Assembly (NCBI RefSeq): GCF_006345805.1
Contig: NC_043001.1
Span: 29,822,001 to 29,886,000, forward strand
Origin: Octopus sinensis
Lineage: Eukaryota
DNA: 64,000 nt
Reading direction: 5' to 3'
This document shows, piece by piece, positions 1 through 13,884 of the stretch. How positions within the stretch are numbered: position 1 is the first letter of the stretch; each line of letters opens with the position of its first letter. The notes beneath the pieces are model-generated. The model did not search any database. It was not told the DNA's origin and saw only the letters and a list, made by a program, of their open reading frames with translations. The translations under genes and the position numbers were made by a program.

Positions 1-354
1 GTATGTATGTATGTATGTATGTATGTGTGTATGTGTGTATGTATGTGCATAAACCAATACGTGTACACACGGAACGTGATTCAAAAGTCCCTTGGACGAA
101 TGTCATTTTCCAAGGCCTCTTCACGACACATATCTTGTGAGTGAAATTTGAAAGACAGAAACGGTATAAGAGTCAGTTAGATGGTTTGTACTTGCCTGAG
201 AATTGCGTTAAGACTACTCATGTCACTGAAATATTCAACCCCTCACTCTAATTCCTTGAGCAGATAAATCTTTTTGATCGAATAACTGAATTTCCCTCAT
301 TCACATTTATATGTATAAACAGACACACAGACAGATAGACAAGCAGACAAGCAG

Positions 355-565
<211 letters not shown>

Positions 566-699
566 CACATACTCATGCACATACACCAAAATGAATTTAT
601 TCTATTAAGTGTGAGCCGTCTTTCGCTTTACATTACCTTGAATATATGGATGCCTATTTCTAACAGATAAGTTTATCTGCTTAGGCTTTGCAATGGCAT

Positions 700-1330
700 C
701 ATTCGTATCACTAGATGACAATAACAAATATTAAGAAGGAACAATACGTCAGCCACATTTGGAAAGCTGTCAAGAAGTCCATCGAAGAACAAAATCCTGA
801 ACGCAGAAACTAAGATCAAAAACATGCAACTAAAGATGGACTACTTACTCAAGATTTACGAAAAGGATTTTTGTTATGGCTCTTCCTAAACATCCCATAA
901 CAAAACGTAATCGCCGACATCAGGCTTTATAACTAGCGTGGCTGTGAAGCTGAATATCGATTTTGTGTATGCTGCAATTACGGTACCACTAATCAAACAT
1001 GTTAAAAACAAGAGGCCAAAAAGTTGCTCTCCGTTGAGCCTCTCAAAGAACACGAAAAAGAGGTCGACTCAAGCTGCATCTCAAAAATATCTATAAGAGG
1101 AACTGCTCAAAAGATGTATTGATTAAAATGTATATAACGTGGAAATGTTGCTAACGACCGAATAGCTTGGAGGACAGCAATCAACAGAAGTGTCGTTATT
1201 ACGGAAAAGGCGACAAACGCATCTTTCCAGTTGAAAGAGAAACTCAATTTCAACAGGCAGTGCCTCACTGATTAGTGGCTTCTTTGATGATTCTCTCGTA
1301 CAAGAACTGAAAAACATCAACCATGAGCGA
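700..1330 (+). mobile_element. Degenerate RTE-clade LINE, ORF2 C-terminal region
   Basis: Frame-shifted remnants KRGRLKLHLKNIYKR and NVANDRIAWRTAINRSV match the RTE C-terminal motifs RGRPxLRxKD and LAxDRxxWR. Confidence 0.6.
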
Positions 1331-1562
1331 AACTGGGGAAGTTTATAACGTTGCTGTAACAAATGACAAAAGCTTTTTATATCGCAAACTGTTAGTTGGC
1401 CATTGACTCCCTTAAGTTTATCTCAGACCGATTCTTTTTTTCACGCAGGGTGTTCAAAATTTGCGGAGGATATTCCTTAGTTATTTGGTTTTGCTGTATC
1501 CAAGCAACAATGACAACAACAACACACGTACGTATACACACACATACACACACACACACACA

Positions 1563-1601
<39 letters not shown>

Positions 1602-1689
1602 ATTCATTCTTTCGCACATATATATATACCCATATCACCCACACATTTTGCTTTGCTTATGATAGACCATCAAAGGTCATGACAGTGTC

Positions 1690-2220
1690 AATCCAAAACA
1701 TTCATTCTTCAGCACATTGTTTTTCATGGGAGCAGACGTGGCTGACAAGACCGATACGAGATAAGCAGATCCGGGGGGGTCCTGAGGCCACAGAATGTGA
1801 TCGAGACCATCAACCGCGCTGGGGCTGATGACGAATTCTTCTCTTCTCTTCGTACGGTTTCTTGCGTTCGGTTTCAAAGTACTCTGCTCTAGCATCACAC
1901 CCATACTTCTATTCCGATTAACAACCAGAGGCCCCTATCGATTGGGAAGGACATCCTATAATATGAAAGGCAGCATCAGATGGTTGTGAAATTGAAGTTT
2001 TGGACGTCCTTTGATTGTTTTGATCGTTCCAGTCTTAAGCTCATTTGTTAGTGTCGGTTACCTGGCATCCGAATCACACCGCCAATCCAACGGAGAAGAC
2101 GACAAAGGATGCAGAAGACCTCAATGCTTGTAGATCGCAGCCCCAAAAGAGGATTTTAATATGAAGGCACTTTGGCCCTTTCACGCGAGACCAAGGATAC
2201 TTTGGAGCGATCTGATCACC
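1690..2220 (-). mobile_element. Degenerate RTE (BovB-like) LINE 3' end
   Basis: The minus strand gives RLLRWIGGVIRMPGNR, KGRPKLQF and the terminal RICLSRIGLVSHVCSH zinc-finger-like motif typical of RTE-BovB ORF2. Confidence 0.72.
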
Positions 2221-2491
2221 TAAAGACATAATTAAGATTATACATATACACAAATGAAAAATTACACGTACATACTTTGTCCCCTCCCTCTCGTTCACTC
2301 ATAAACTCACTCGCATACAATCGCACGCATATGCGGGTTTATGAAACAAATTGCGTTCACAAAATACGTTCCAGTCTTGTTATCCAGGTTTGCCTGGTTT
2401 GAGAAAAACCGAAAAAAATTTAATGCTGACAACGTCATTCCCCCACGCACCCTCTATCTCGATCTCTCTCTTTCTTCCTCCTCTCTCTTCT

Positions 2492-2529
<38 letters not shown>

Positions 2530-3090
2530 TTTCCTACGCAAGTAATTCCTTGCCTTCTTTCTTCCTTTCTTTCCTTTCTTTCTACACTCCTTGTGCCTAA
2601 CGTCAAAAAATGAATAAGCACATTCCCAAGCCAATACATCATTTAGCTTCTAAATAATCATTTATTCAAAAGCTAAAACGAATATACACCCAACAAACAT
2701 CTCACCCCCTTCTCTCCCTCTACCCCACCCCGTCTCTCTCTCTCTCTCTCTCTGTCTCACACACACACCACACACACACACACACACATGCATACATACA
2801 TACATACATACATACATACATACATACATACAAACAAACATACGTAAATAGATGTTGTTGGTCTGTGTGTTTGTGTTTGTGTTTAATTGCAGTTCGGCAC
2901 ATATAAGACTTACGATTGAAAGCAATCCACCCATGACCATCTCACACGCATACACACATGTTTTGTGTGTCTTGTATCTGTGTTTATTCCCCCACGATCG
3001 CTTGACAACCGATATTGGTGTGTTTGTGTCTCCGTAACTTGAAAGTTCGGCAAAAGCGTGGACTACTTCATGCAGTTCTCTAAGCTCTTT

Positions 3091-3135
<45 letters not shown>

Positions 3136-3160
3136 ATATATAATATATATATATATATTA

Positions 3161-3227
<67 letters not shown>

Positions 3228-4154
3228 AAACTTTACATAAATAAATAACGTGAAATACACGAAGGGACAAACAAAAAACAACAACGGGTCATTCAAAGCA
3301 TTCATTCTTAGTCAGAAACTGACACCTCATCGCAGATTTCGGCTGTTTATTTCTGAGATCCGCTCTGAATCAGCCAGCCACAGAAGGAAAGAATGAAACG
3401 CAACAGAGACGAACATGAAACGAAAAATCTTTTGGGGGACAGTAACGGTTAAAAACATGGATGACACAGGCGCCCTACGGCTTTGAGACAAACAGAGAGA
3501 CACAAAAACAATATATATATATATATATATATATACAAACATCATGTATCTAAAAACACGACACACGATACTTGTGTCTACGGCATCCAGTGTCGTGTTA
3601 AGGTTAGTGTTAACAAACTGGGTAATACGTAGAAAATAAACGTGAGCAATTTTCCAATAAATTAATTGAAAAAATAAAAACGTTGGCTATTTTTCATGGG
3701 GAAATATTACATATTGTCATTTACCAAAGATGGCACCGGAGAAACGTTCACGTAATTCGATGAAGAAAACCATGTAATCGTTCAACATTCTATTTGAAAA
3801 GCAGGGAAAATTTGTAGTGAACCGAAAGATCTGGAAACTAGCATGTAGACTAGAAACGGTTACTGCAGACCTTGTTCGATATCAGCAGGCCGAAGACAAC
3901 GAGAAAAAAGAGTCCAGAAGCAGCTTCTTGGACGGGTATCGTCTGCAACGCTTTGATACACGCTTTCTGGACAAAAAGTTACGGCAGTATAAAATGGAGA
4001 CATCACCATCAATGATCGGTAAAAGAGGAAGAGAATAACTCTGGAAATATCCTTTACTTAGAAGTTGTGCTAAGGAGAATTTTTCATGTTTTTGTTTGCA
4101 GTAAATGCTGTCACTTATACATATGATTTATTGTATAAAATATTCATACACATA

Positions 4155-4319
4155 GGCGCAGGAGTGGCTGTGCGGTAAGTAGCTTGCTAACCAACCACAT
4201 GGTTCCGGGTTCAGTCCCACTGCGTGGCATCTTGGGCAAGTGTCTTCTGCTATAGCCCCGGGCCGACCAATGCCTTGTGAGTGGATTTGGTAGACGGAAA
4301 CTGAAAGAAGCCTGTCGTA

Positions 4320-4403
<84 letters not shown>

Positions 4404-4460
4404 TGTGTTTGTGTGTCTGTGTTTGTCCCCCTAGCATTGCTTGACAACCGATGGTGGTGT
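4155..4460 (+). mobile_element. tRNA-derived SINE 'A' (head plus internal TA/TG microsatellite, 3' truncated)
   Basis: A-box-like TGGCTGTGCGGTAAG and B-box-like GGTTCAGTCCC, then CTTGGGCAAGTGTCTT and GGAAACTGAAAGAAGC, then (TA)n(TG)n, then GCTTGACAACCGATG. Same family at 4630, 52877, 56690 and 61111. Confidence 0.8.
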
Positions 4461-4595
4461 GTTTATAGGGTTAGTATTATAATCCCTTACAAAACCTTTT
4501 TTCCAAATTTTAAGCCCCCAAAATTAGGGAGTTCCTTATACACGAGTATCCCTAATACACGTTAAAATACGGTTTATTTTGACTTCACAAATCTT

Positions 4596-4629
<34 letters not shown>

Positions 4630-4630
<1 letters not shown>

Positions 4631-4772
4631 CTGTGTAGTAAGAAGTTTGCTTCCCAACCACATAGTTCCGGGTCCAGTTCCATTACGTGGCACCTTGGGC
4701 AAGTGTCTTCTACTATGGCCTCGGGCCTACCAAAGCTTTGTAAGTGGATTTGGTAGATGGAAACTGAAATAA
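4630..4772 (+). mobile_element. SINE 'A' 5' half
   Basis: Homologous to 4155-4320. Confidence 0.7.
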
Positions 4773-4834
4773 GCACGTTTTATGTGTGCGTGTATATATA
4801 TATATATATATATATACACATGACTAGTCGCCAT

Positions 4835-5013
4835 GATAGATCGTTAGCCACTACACACATTTTTTTCTCTCCTTGTTTTTTCTGTGTCCCTTTCTGTAGA
4901 AGAGCGTAGGCTCTAAACGTAAAAGACTTTTTCTATTCCTGAGCGTTTATACTAATACATCTGTTTGTTTTGTACACCACCTGTCTTCGTCTTTTGTTTT
5001 TTTCGTAAACTCT

Positions 5014-5020
<7 letters not shown>
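4835..5020 (+). mobile_element. Penelope-associated non-autonomous repeat with a degenerate minimal hammerhead motif
   Basis: CTGTAGA-A-GAGC-GTAG-GCTC-TAAA-CGT at 4894-4920. Related copies at 36740-36900 (-) and 51130-51225. Confidence 0.5.
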
Positions 5021-5080
<60 letters not shown>

Positions 5081-7165
5081 GAGTGTGTGTCTGTGTCTGT
5101 GTTTGTCCCCCATTTGTCAACCAATATTGGCGTGTTTGCGCCCCCGTAATTTAGTGGTTCGGCAAAAATGACTCCCCTTAAAAATAAATGAATATATCTT
5201 GAGGTCGATTCGTTCGACTAAAACCCTTCAAAGTGGTACCAGTAAAAGATAAAAGACAAACTAAACTGCTTGACAATCCAAGTCTCACCCTCAGGTTGGG
5301 AAACACTGACGTGGTTAACTCCTACGTTGGCCTGTACGTAAGCAGGAAAACATGAAACTCATGGTTCTAAGTTGCGTGCTATTTGCGATACGTCACTAGG
5401 TTCATATTATGCTAAAGGCCCATGTTAACAGTATGAATGTCACAACTTCCTACTTCGGTGCTTGTGTCAGTCAATGTGAAAATTTCGACATGATTGCCAC
5501 TAACAGGAGCTAAACCACCTCAAACAAAACCTTATCGTCTCAAGTAATAGGATAACGTTGCCTTCTGTCGTAATTTCATTCACATTTAGAATGTCTCATA
5601 GAAATATTAAACCGACTTGACAGGAACTTTATTTATCCACCGCCGCAAAATGAAGACGGGCAAAGTTGACTTTAACAGAACTTTAACTCAGGGCATAAAA
5701 GGTCGTAGCTAAAAACCGCATGGCATTTTGTCTGCTGCTCTAACAATTCTTCCATTATACTGATAGCCGCGAATTGGCAGACTCGAATGGATTTACTTCA
5801 TTTGTTTTGTCTCTCTACGCTGCAGATTTAGATCCCTTCGGCTTCAATAAAGCACCATTCAAGTACTGAAGCTGTCTCTTTCTTTTTCTCTTCCTCACTC
5901 CTTCCCTCCTTCTATCTCCCTCTCCCCTTCTGATTCGGCAATATTGGACAGGACAAGAAAGCTTTCGCATCACCGCTCTACAAATCGTTGCACCATTCCT
6001 CTGTAAACACGCTATAATAGAATAAAAACCGGATCTTTACCTTATGAAAGGTAAAAATTGCCAAAAAAACATTAAGTCCAACTGCTTCAAAGCTTTAGAT
6101 AAAATTTGTACTATTTCGGTTAATATACAGTCAACTGTAAAATTGTTTCTTATATTGGTTCAACGCCTTAAATATGACTAGAAGGCAAAAATGCATCGAA
6201 TCGACTCTTATACAAGATTCTTATATCGTAGCAAAGCAGAACTAAGCACAGTAATGCATTTAATATGAATAATGTCTTCTATATTGATTTCAAACAGAAG
6301 CACAGGGTTACAAATTTTGGTGGGAGGGTATTGCCATTTATTTTGAATTGTAACGGGTGTTTTCCATGCTCACGTTGGGAGCACCAACTGTAACGGTTGA
6401 TGTATCTTTACGTCGGGAAGCCAAGTGTAACGTAGTTGTTATCAAAATGTAATGGGTGTGATGTTGAAGAAAAGAAAGAAGAACAGTAGTCGAACATGAT
6501 GTTGACTTCAATTTTTTTTGTATGTATAGCCATGTCTCGGCGGGCAGGCATATATAAAAATAATCGAGAGTTAATTTTTCCTTGTATAACTGTGTATAAT
6601 GTTCTTGCAACTGTAGTAGTAGGAAAGAGATAGACAGAGTGATGTTTGTTAGGAGAGAAAGATGAGCTAGTGAGAGAATTAAAGACAGTAGAGGGAAGTT
6701 GTATCATAGCGACCGATTGCTTTCTCTCGTCCTCTGATCAGCCTCTAGTGTCTGCCTGCCTCTAGGTTTTCTCACTAACTAACTTTATCCTATATGTTTC
6801 TAGTATTTATAAAAATGCAGGCTAGCTAGAAAAAGAGGTATATCGTTGAGAACAATGGGTTGTTCGATGAAGGCCAACTCTTATCTTATTTCAATACTCT
6901 ATGGCATACAAAAGGTTAAGAGTCAAGCTGAAAGCACATCAATTGACTTGGCAAAGCCATGCGCTGAATGTAACTCCTATGAACTTCCATTTTTCTGTGA
7001 GAAAAATGCTATTGAAATGTTAGGGGCAATTTGCCGATTCAGGTTTGAATCTACTCTATGCCCAAATGAAGTCACTACAGCATCCAGTATTTCATGATCC
7101 CAGAAATATTAATAGAAAACTCAACCTCGGCCAGGATCAAACTCAGAATATAAGTGGGTGTTACT

Positions 7166-7314
7166 AAATACTGTAGCTATTTTGTCTGACTTCCTTACGA
7201 GCTACCACCGTCATAGCAATATTTTTAAGATAGAAAGAAAATACTGTAGCCATTTTGTCTGACTTCCTTGCGACACACCACCGTCATAACAATATTTTAA
7301 AGCTAGAGAGAAAA
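7166..7314. repeat. Diverged ~73-bp tandem duplication
   Basis: AAATACTGTAGC(T/C)ATTTTGTCTGACTTCCTT...CCACCGTCATA(G/A)CAATATTTT occurs twice in tandem. Confidence 0.8.
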
Positions 7315-7742
7315 CGCCCGAAAGAGAATAGTGAACTAATAGGCGTATAGAAGAAAAAGAGAAAAAAGAAATGAAACTGGAATATTAAGGCAACAAGAAT
7401 AATTCCATTTTCAATGAGTCGCATGTATTTCCTAGCATAGTTTCAAATGAATGCAGAAACCTGTTTGCCAACTTTAGAAACTGAAAATATACCACAATGT
7501 CTAGCTTCTTTTGTTCCTTTATATATTCTTTAACCCTATTCATTAGTAACTTATTGTTATGGGCAAGGCTGATACTAGTTTTGAGGAAGCTTTAAGAAGG
7601 CTAACCTTATAAAACCTTATAAAAGTCAAGAAAATGTTATCCGTTTGTCCGTCCATAGCAAGAAACTGCATATTGTGAAAAAAGCATTATTTGATTTAAA
7701 CTACCCCCTTATATATATGTGAGTGTATGTGTGCGCGCGCGC

Positions 7743-7779
<37 letters not shown>

Positions 7780-8319
7780 CACATATGTATATATATTCAT
7801 GTTTTTTATGTTCGTTTATAATAAAAACAATTTTACATTAATTTGATGTACTCCACTCTTGTATAGTATATATGTGGGTGTGTTTGTATGTATATGCATA
7901 CATATGTGTGTAGATAATCATATGTATGAGTGTGTGTGTGTGTGAGGTACGTGCGGTCAGTAATTACTCAGGGTAGGCAGTAGGCGACCTTTATGTAGTA
8001 AAACACACAAAAAATAAACGAAACACAAGCGCGCGACTGAGTTGAAGGCAGAAAAAACGATGTTGTAGAAATGTACGCAGCATATGTACTACAACAGTAA
8101 TATGCAGTAATACCGAGATTGAAAAGCAGGGGCGAATTATGCCTTCCTAATCTACAAAAACATAATACATTTGGCATTTTATGCATTGTAATCAGACTAA
8201 TCTTCATAATTTTTTTTGAATTTGGTGCATATTTTGCCATGAGAGGGAAATGTTGCTATCGATCTATTTTATTCAAGGTAGGCACTGCTTACATTGCCTG
8301 CCTACGCGGTTCTCCCTAA

Positions 8320-8458
8320 TGTGTATATATGCATATATGCATGCATGCATCTATCTATCTATTTATCTATATAATCTATCTATCTATATATATATATATA
8401 TATATAATAATATATATGTATGTATACATATATATATACATGTATATATGCATATATG

Positions 8459-8499
<41 letters not shown>

Positions 8500-8525
8500 T
8501 ATGCATATATATATATATGTATGCA

Positions 8526-8569
<44 letters not shown>

Positions 8570-8719
8570 ATATGCATATATGTATATATATATATATATA
8601 GGTATGCATATATATATATATGTATGCATATATGTATATATATAATATATCTATATATATATACATGTATAATATATATATATATATATATACATGTATA
8701 CATATATATATATACATGT

Positions 8720-8759
<40 letters not shown>

Positions 8760-8784
8760 ACATATATATATATATACATAATAT

Positions 8785-8816
<32 letters not shown>

Positions 8817-8831
8817 CATGTATACATATAT

Positions 8832-8864
<33 letters not shown>

Positions 8865-8950
8865 TTACATATGTATACATATATATGTATAATATATATA
8901 TATATGTATGTGTGTATTTATATATGTCATATATATATCTATGTATATAT

Positions 8951-8992
<42 letters not shown>

Positions 8993-9025
8993 ATTATATA
9001 TATATATATATGTTATATATATACG
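8320..9025. repeat. Long degenerate (TA)n/(CATA)n microsatellite field
   Basis: About 700 bp composed almost only of TA, TG and CA dinucleotides. It generates several spurious I/Y-rich ORFs. Confidence 0.95.
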
Positions 9026-9080
9026 GTTGACGATTTTTTTTTCCTCTGTCTTCCCTTCTCTGGATCTTTTCTTTTCCTAA

Positions 9081-9114
9081 GTTTCTGACGAAGAGCTCCC
9101 GTCGAAACGTTAAA
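9081..9114 (+). ncRNA. Minimal type I hammerhead ribozyme motif (Penelope-like)
   Basis: TTT-CTGACGA-A-GAGCTCCCGTC-GAAA-CG-TT-AAA: intact CUGANGA and GAAA cores, palindromic ACGT in place of helix III, and a short helix I (TTT/AAA). Confidence 0.5.
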
Positions 9115-9223
9115 TCCCCCTTCTTTCTTTCCTTTCCTGAGCGTCCAATAATACTATACTTGTTCCACCTCCTCGCGTTGTTGTGTTTTCTCTTTGTGAT
9201 TTCGTGTTTGGATTAACTGTATA

Positions 9224-9256
<33 letters not shown>

Positions 9257-9291
9257 GCATATATGTATATATATGTGTATATATATGTGTG

Positions 9292-9344
<53 letters not shown>

Positions 9345-9350
<6 letters not shown>

Positions 9351-9573
9351 CTTTACTACCCACAAGGGACTAAACACAGAGGAGACAAACAAGGACAGAC
9401 AAAGGGATTAAGTCGATTACATCGACCCCAGTACGTAACTGGTACTTAATTTATCGACCCCGGAAGGATGAAAGGCAAAGTCGACCTCGGCGGAATTTGA
9501 ACTCGGAACGTAACGGCAGACGAAATACGGCAACGCATTTCGCCCGGCGTGCTAACGTTTCTGCCAGCTCGCC

Positions 9574-9574
<1 letters not shown>
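9345..9574 (-). mobile_element. SINE 'B1' monomer within (TA)n
   Basis: Head GGCGAGCTGGCAGAAACGTTAGCACG, B box GAGTTCAAATTCC, central GGTCGACTTTGCCTTTCATCC, tail CCCTTGTGGGTAGTAAAGAAAT. Flanked by (TA)n on both sides. Confidence 0.85.
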
Positions 9575-9664
<90 letters not shown>

Positions 9665-9759
9665 GTTTGTGTATGTGTGTGTGTGTATATGTATATAAGT
9701 ATGTATATATATATATGTATGTATACATGTGTATATATATATGTATATATATTTATATG

Positions 9760-9790
<31 letters not shown>

Positions 9791-10281
9791 GTATATATAT
9801 ATGTATACATATGTGTATCAGTAGTGTAAATTTCGTGAGGTACCGCTTCCATCAAATAGATACTAAGTTGAATAACCAATTCTGACCCTAATAAGCCAAT
9901 GTGCAAACTTTTGCATGGTCATCCGACATACTAGAAAGAGCAGCCAAATATCTCTCAAACCCCACAGTTTTTAAGTAGAAGTGCACACTGAATAATGTAG
10001 TCCGAGACATAAGTGAGGACGGTATGGTCACGACTAGAGTTCTTTTTGATCATAGGTCTCATCGACCAATTTTGGGTTGGAGCTAAGCAACAGCAATAGC
10101 AACGATCCAGTTCAAGGTATGTCGATTGAGATTCAGTTTTCGAAAGAAACTATTTCATTTCCCATGTGCCATTGAGAATGATGGGAAAATCAAAATTTTT
10201 CATACATCCCTCTCACAAACACACTCATATGTTTGTATGTATGCACACACACACACACACATGTACATATATACATATATA

Positions 10282-10334
<53 letters not shown>

Positions 10335-10745
10335 TGTATGTATGTACGTGCCCTTGTGTCTATGTGAAAAAAATCAATGACAATCTTGATAATGTCCTCA
10401 GATGTCACGCTGGAAACCATGTGAACAACTTCTCAAAGAGAGATTTGGAAGTAAGACAGGTTATTCAGTTTTAATATAAATAAGTTAAGTGTTATACAAT
10501 ATCTTTATATGATTTCTCAAAACCTATGTACTGAGCGAAATGTCCAGCTGTCGGCTCTGCCCTCTACGCTACTTGGATTCCGATGTACTCCAGTCAGTTT
10601 TTGATCGCTTGACGCTTTTATAAATTTATATTGCATCATATAATTTGTACCTACACATATGATGTGTTGAACTGAATACAGTAGATCAACGGTGAGATAA
10701 GATTATGAAAACAAACCTATATTCAATTGGATCCTGCGAATGATT

Positions 10746-11072
10746 TAAAAGACTCCGCCGGTTACGACGACGAGGGTCCCAGCTGATACGATCAACGGAA
10801 CAGCTTGCTCGTGAAATTAACGTGCAAATGGCTGAGCATTCCACAGACACGTGTACCCTTAACGTAGTTCTCGGGGATAATCAGCGTGACACAGAGAGTG
10901 ACAAGGCTGACCCTTTGAAATACAAGTACAACTCATTTTTGCCAGCTGAGTGGACTGGAGCAACGTGAAATAAAGTGTCTTGCTCAAGGACACAACGCGT
11001 CGCCGGGAATCGAACTCACAACCTTACGATCATGAGCCGAATGCCCTAACCACTAAGCCACGCGCCCTCACT
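10746..11072 (-). mobile_element. Full-length tRNA-derived SINE 'C' with 11-bp TSD
   Basis: Head GGCGCGTGGCTTAGTGGTTAGG...GAGTTCGATTCCC and CORE-like TGTGTCCTTGAGCAAGACACTT. TSD TGCGAATGATT at 10735-10745 and 11073-11083. Confidence 0.88.
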
Positions 11073-11080
11073 TGCGAATG

Positions 11081-11119
<39 letters not shown>

Positions 11120-11835
11120 TTTATTGTTAAAGCTGCAGAAACTTCGCAAAAATATCACAAAAAACTGTTACTCAGAGTTTCACGTTCCCGTTCATTGGGC
11201 AGTTGTGATCCAGAATGGAATAAGAATTGAGGATGAAGTATAATTTATATTTTGATATGATTCCCATTGACCGACAGGATTTGAACTCGATCATTAATCA
11301 ACGAAATTAGTTACTACTCAGCGCGTAACCAACAGTTCAACCCTTACAGACTTGATAATATCACAATACACAGCTGAGGCGAGCGAACTGGCTGAATCCT
11401 TAGCACGCCAGGCAAAATGCTTTGTGCCATTTCGTCCATCTTTGCGTTCTGAATTCAAATACCGCTGGAATCGACTTTGCTTTTCGTTCTTTTCGAGGTC
11501 GATAAAACAAGTACTAGTTGAGTACTGGTGTCGAAACTACTGTTATTGTGTCAAAATTTGAAACCAATATCACAATAACTTGTATTAAGGAAATTGTTTT
11601 TAATATAGACACAAGTCCTGAAATTTGAGGGAGATGGAAAGTCGATTACCTCAACGCTACTACTCCACTGGTATTTTATTTTATCGACCCGAAAGGATGA
11701 AAAGCAAAGCTGACTTTGACGGGATTTGAGCTCAGAACGTTAAAAAAAAACGGATTAAAAGCCGCTAAGCATTTCCCGACGCGCTAGCAATTCTTCAAGT
11801 TCACCGCCAAATTGAATTAAAATAATAGTCATAAT

Positions 11836-12231
11836 TCTTTCTACTATAGGCACAAGGCCTGGAATTAGGGACAGCGGATTAGTCGAATACATCGACCCAG
11901 ATACTCAACTGGTACTTATTTCGTAGATCCCGAAAGGATGAAAAGCAAAATCGACTCCAGCGTGTTTTGAACTCAGAACGTAAAGACAGACGAAACACCT
12001 ATTTCTTTACTACCCACAAGGAGCTAAACACAGAGGGGACAAACAAGGACAGACAAATGGATTAAGTCGATTATATCGACCCCAGTGTGTAACAGGTACT
12101 TATTTAATCGACCCCCGAAAGGATGAAAGGCAAAGTCGACCTCGGCGGAATTTGAACTCACAACGTAACGGCAGACGAAATACCGCTAAGTATTTCGTCC
12201 GGTGTGCTAACGTTTCTGCCAGCTCGTCGCC
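11836..12231 (-). mobile_element. SINE B dimer (B1 unit + headless B2 unit)
   Basis: Head at 12231, B1 tail at about 12000, second unit restarts at GGTGTTTCG, and the array ends in the B2 tail (...CAGGCCTTGTGCCTATAGTAGAAAAG). Confidence 0.82.
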
Positions 12232-12895
12232 ATAACAAAGAAGCTAAATTCCATCAAACAGCTGTCTACGAAAGTTCGAGAATCACTTCTGAGACGGAGC
12301 ACTAAGGTGACCTATAGAAATATCTGGAACCAGTACGGCAGGCAAATGACACCTTTTTTGTGTCATGCTAAAAGGAGTCTCCCGTATAGAGTAAAATGTA
12401 AGTTATGCTAGCGATAGTGGCGAAGGCAATAGCAATGGCGACGACGTTGATGTTCACAACGGTTAATGGAGAACGATATGGAAGGAGAACGAGAGAAATA
12501 TAGAGAGGGAAGAAGACACTGGCATCGAGTAAAGAGAGATAGATAAAGAAAACATGAGAAAAAGAGAGGGATAAAAAAGATAAAGGTAAAAAAGAAAACG
12601 AAGAAAAAGAAAATAAGAGATGATAATAGTAAATGGTGACGGTGGTGGTGATAATGTTTATTTGTTCTTTATAATGGTTGTTATTTGTTGGTCGTGGATA
12701 GGCATGATGTGGTAGAGGCGACGGTATTGCTCCACGACAATTACTTGCACGAAAGCCTATTCGTTAAGACATACGGTATCTTTTAAACTTCAGTTTTCAA
12801 ACATAGTTTGCCATCGCACTACCACCACCACCATCACCATCAACACAGCAAACAACAATAGTTCCAAGTATATACACAAACACACACACACACAC

Positions 12896-12949
<54 letters not shown>

Positions 12950-13124
12950 CCAGAAACGATGGGATTTCGTTATCTTCTTTCTCTTTACCATATACGGGTT
13001 ACAAATTCTGTTTGTTTGTGGAGACTTATTTTTCTAGTAGTAGTAATGGTGACCTATTTGGCTGCTATTTCTAATATTTTCGGTATGTGGTTTTGAGCAA
13101 CTAGTTGCAATTAACCCTTTATTA

Positions 13125-13175
<51 letters not shown>

Positions 13176-13197
13176 TATATATCCTTTAAGGATTTAA

Positions 13198-13240
<43 letters not shown>

Positions 13241-13379
13241 AATAAAATAGAACATATGCATATATATAAACATATATGTACGTACCTACCTCTACATGTA
13301 CATATACACGCATATATGTGTACAGGACACCAAAAAGACGTCGAACACATAGAGAGACGAAAAACATAGACACAAACCA

Positions 13380-13860
13380 AGGAACAGGACAAGCAAAAAA
13401 GAAAAAAAGAGATACAGGACAATAATCCCCTTCTTCAGTCGCTAAGGTTTCATCTACTCTACGTTTCGAAGGATAAAAGCGAGACGTATACTTCGAAGAA
13501 ACTTCCTTCCTGCGAAAAGCAAATCAATTAAAATTCTGAGATCTTTTCGCAGAGGGGTAAAAAATGGTAAAAAAAGCAAGACGGTAACGACAGTACAAAC
13601 ATATAAACAGTAAAAAAAAAAAAAATTATATATAAACAGTTGAAAAATAAATATATAACAGTGAGAGACAGGACAAGGAGAACAAGATAAGAAGGGCTGT
13701 TTACGCCAGACGAAAAAAGTAATGCAAACGCTGGATTATAGTGGACGACGAGAGAGAAAGAATGTCGACCAGTGGCCTTAGAAGGCGGGCGAGAAAAGAC
13801 AGGATAGCAGTTACGACGGAAGTATCGTCGCAGATGGACGACGGGAATGGGGGAGGAGGA
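13380..13860 (-). mobile_element. Probable Penelope-like element terminal-repeat remnant
   Basis: The minus strand carries CGAAACGT (13461-13468) and CTGAAGA (13433-13439) hammerhead half-motifs in the pyrimidine-rich context typical of PLE repeats. Confidence 0.35.
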
Positions 13861-13884
13861 GGAAGAGAGATATCCTTAAATCCT

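Noticed and set aside
60-305. Possible mariner-derived MITE remnant
   Set aside because: No matching pair of TIRs could be identified within the window.
700-2220. Two convergent RTE 3' ends around (CA)n as a functional inverted pair
   Set aside because: Both are heavily decayed and show no evident nucleotide-level complementarity; most likely independent insertions.
6846-7097. ORF with CAECNSYELPFFCEK resembling a B-box, which could have been a TRIM exon for the NHL gene
   Set aside because: The remaining Cys/His ligands are missing, the frame ends in a stop, and there is no convincing splice donor.
12255-12410. Short frame with RRSTKVTYRNIWNQY resembling a tyrosine-recombinase N-terminal motif
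   Set aside because: Too short, with no catalytic R-H-R-Y region nearby.
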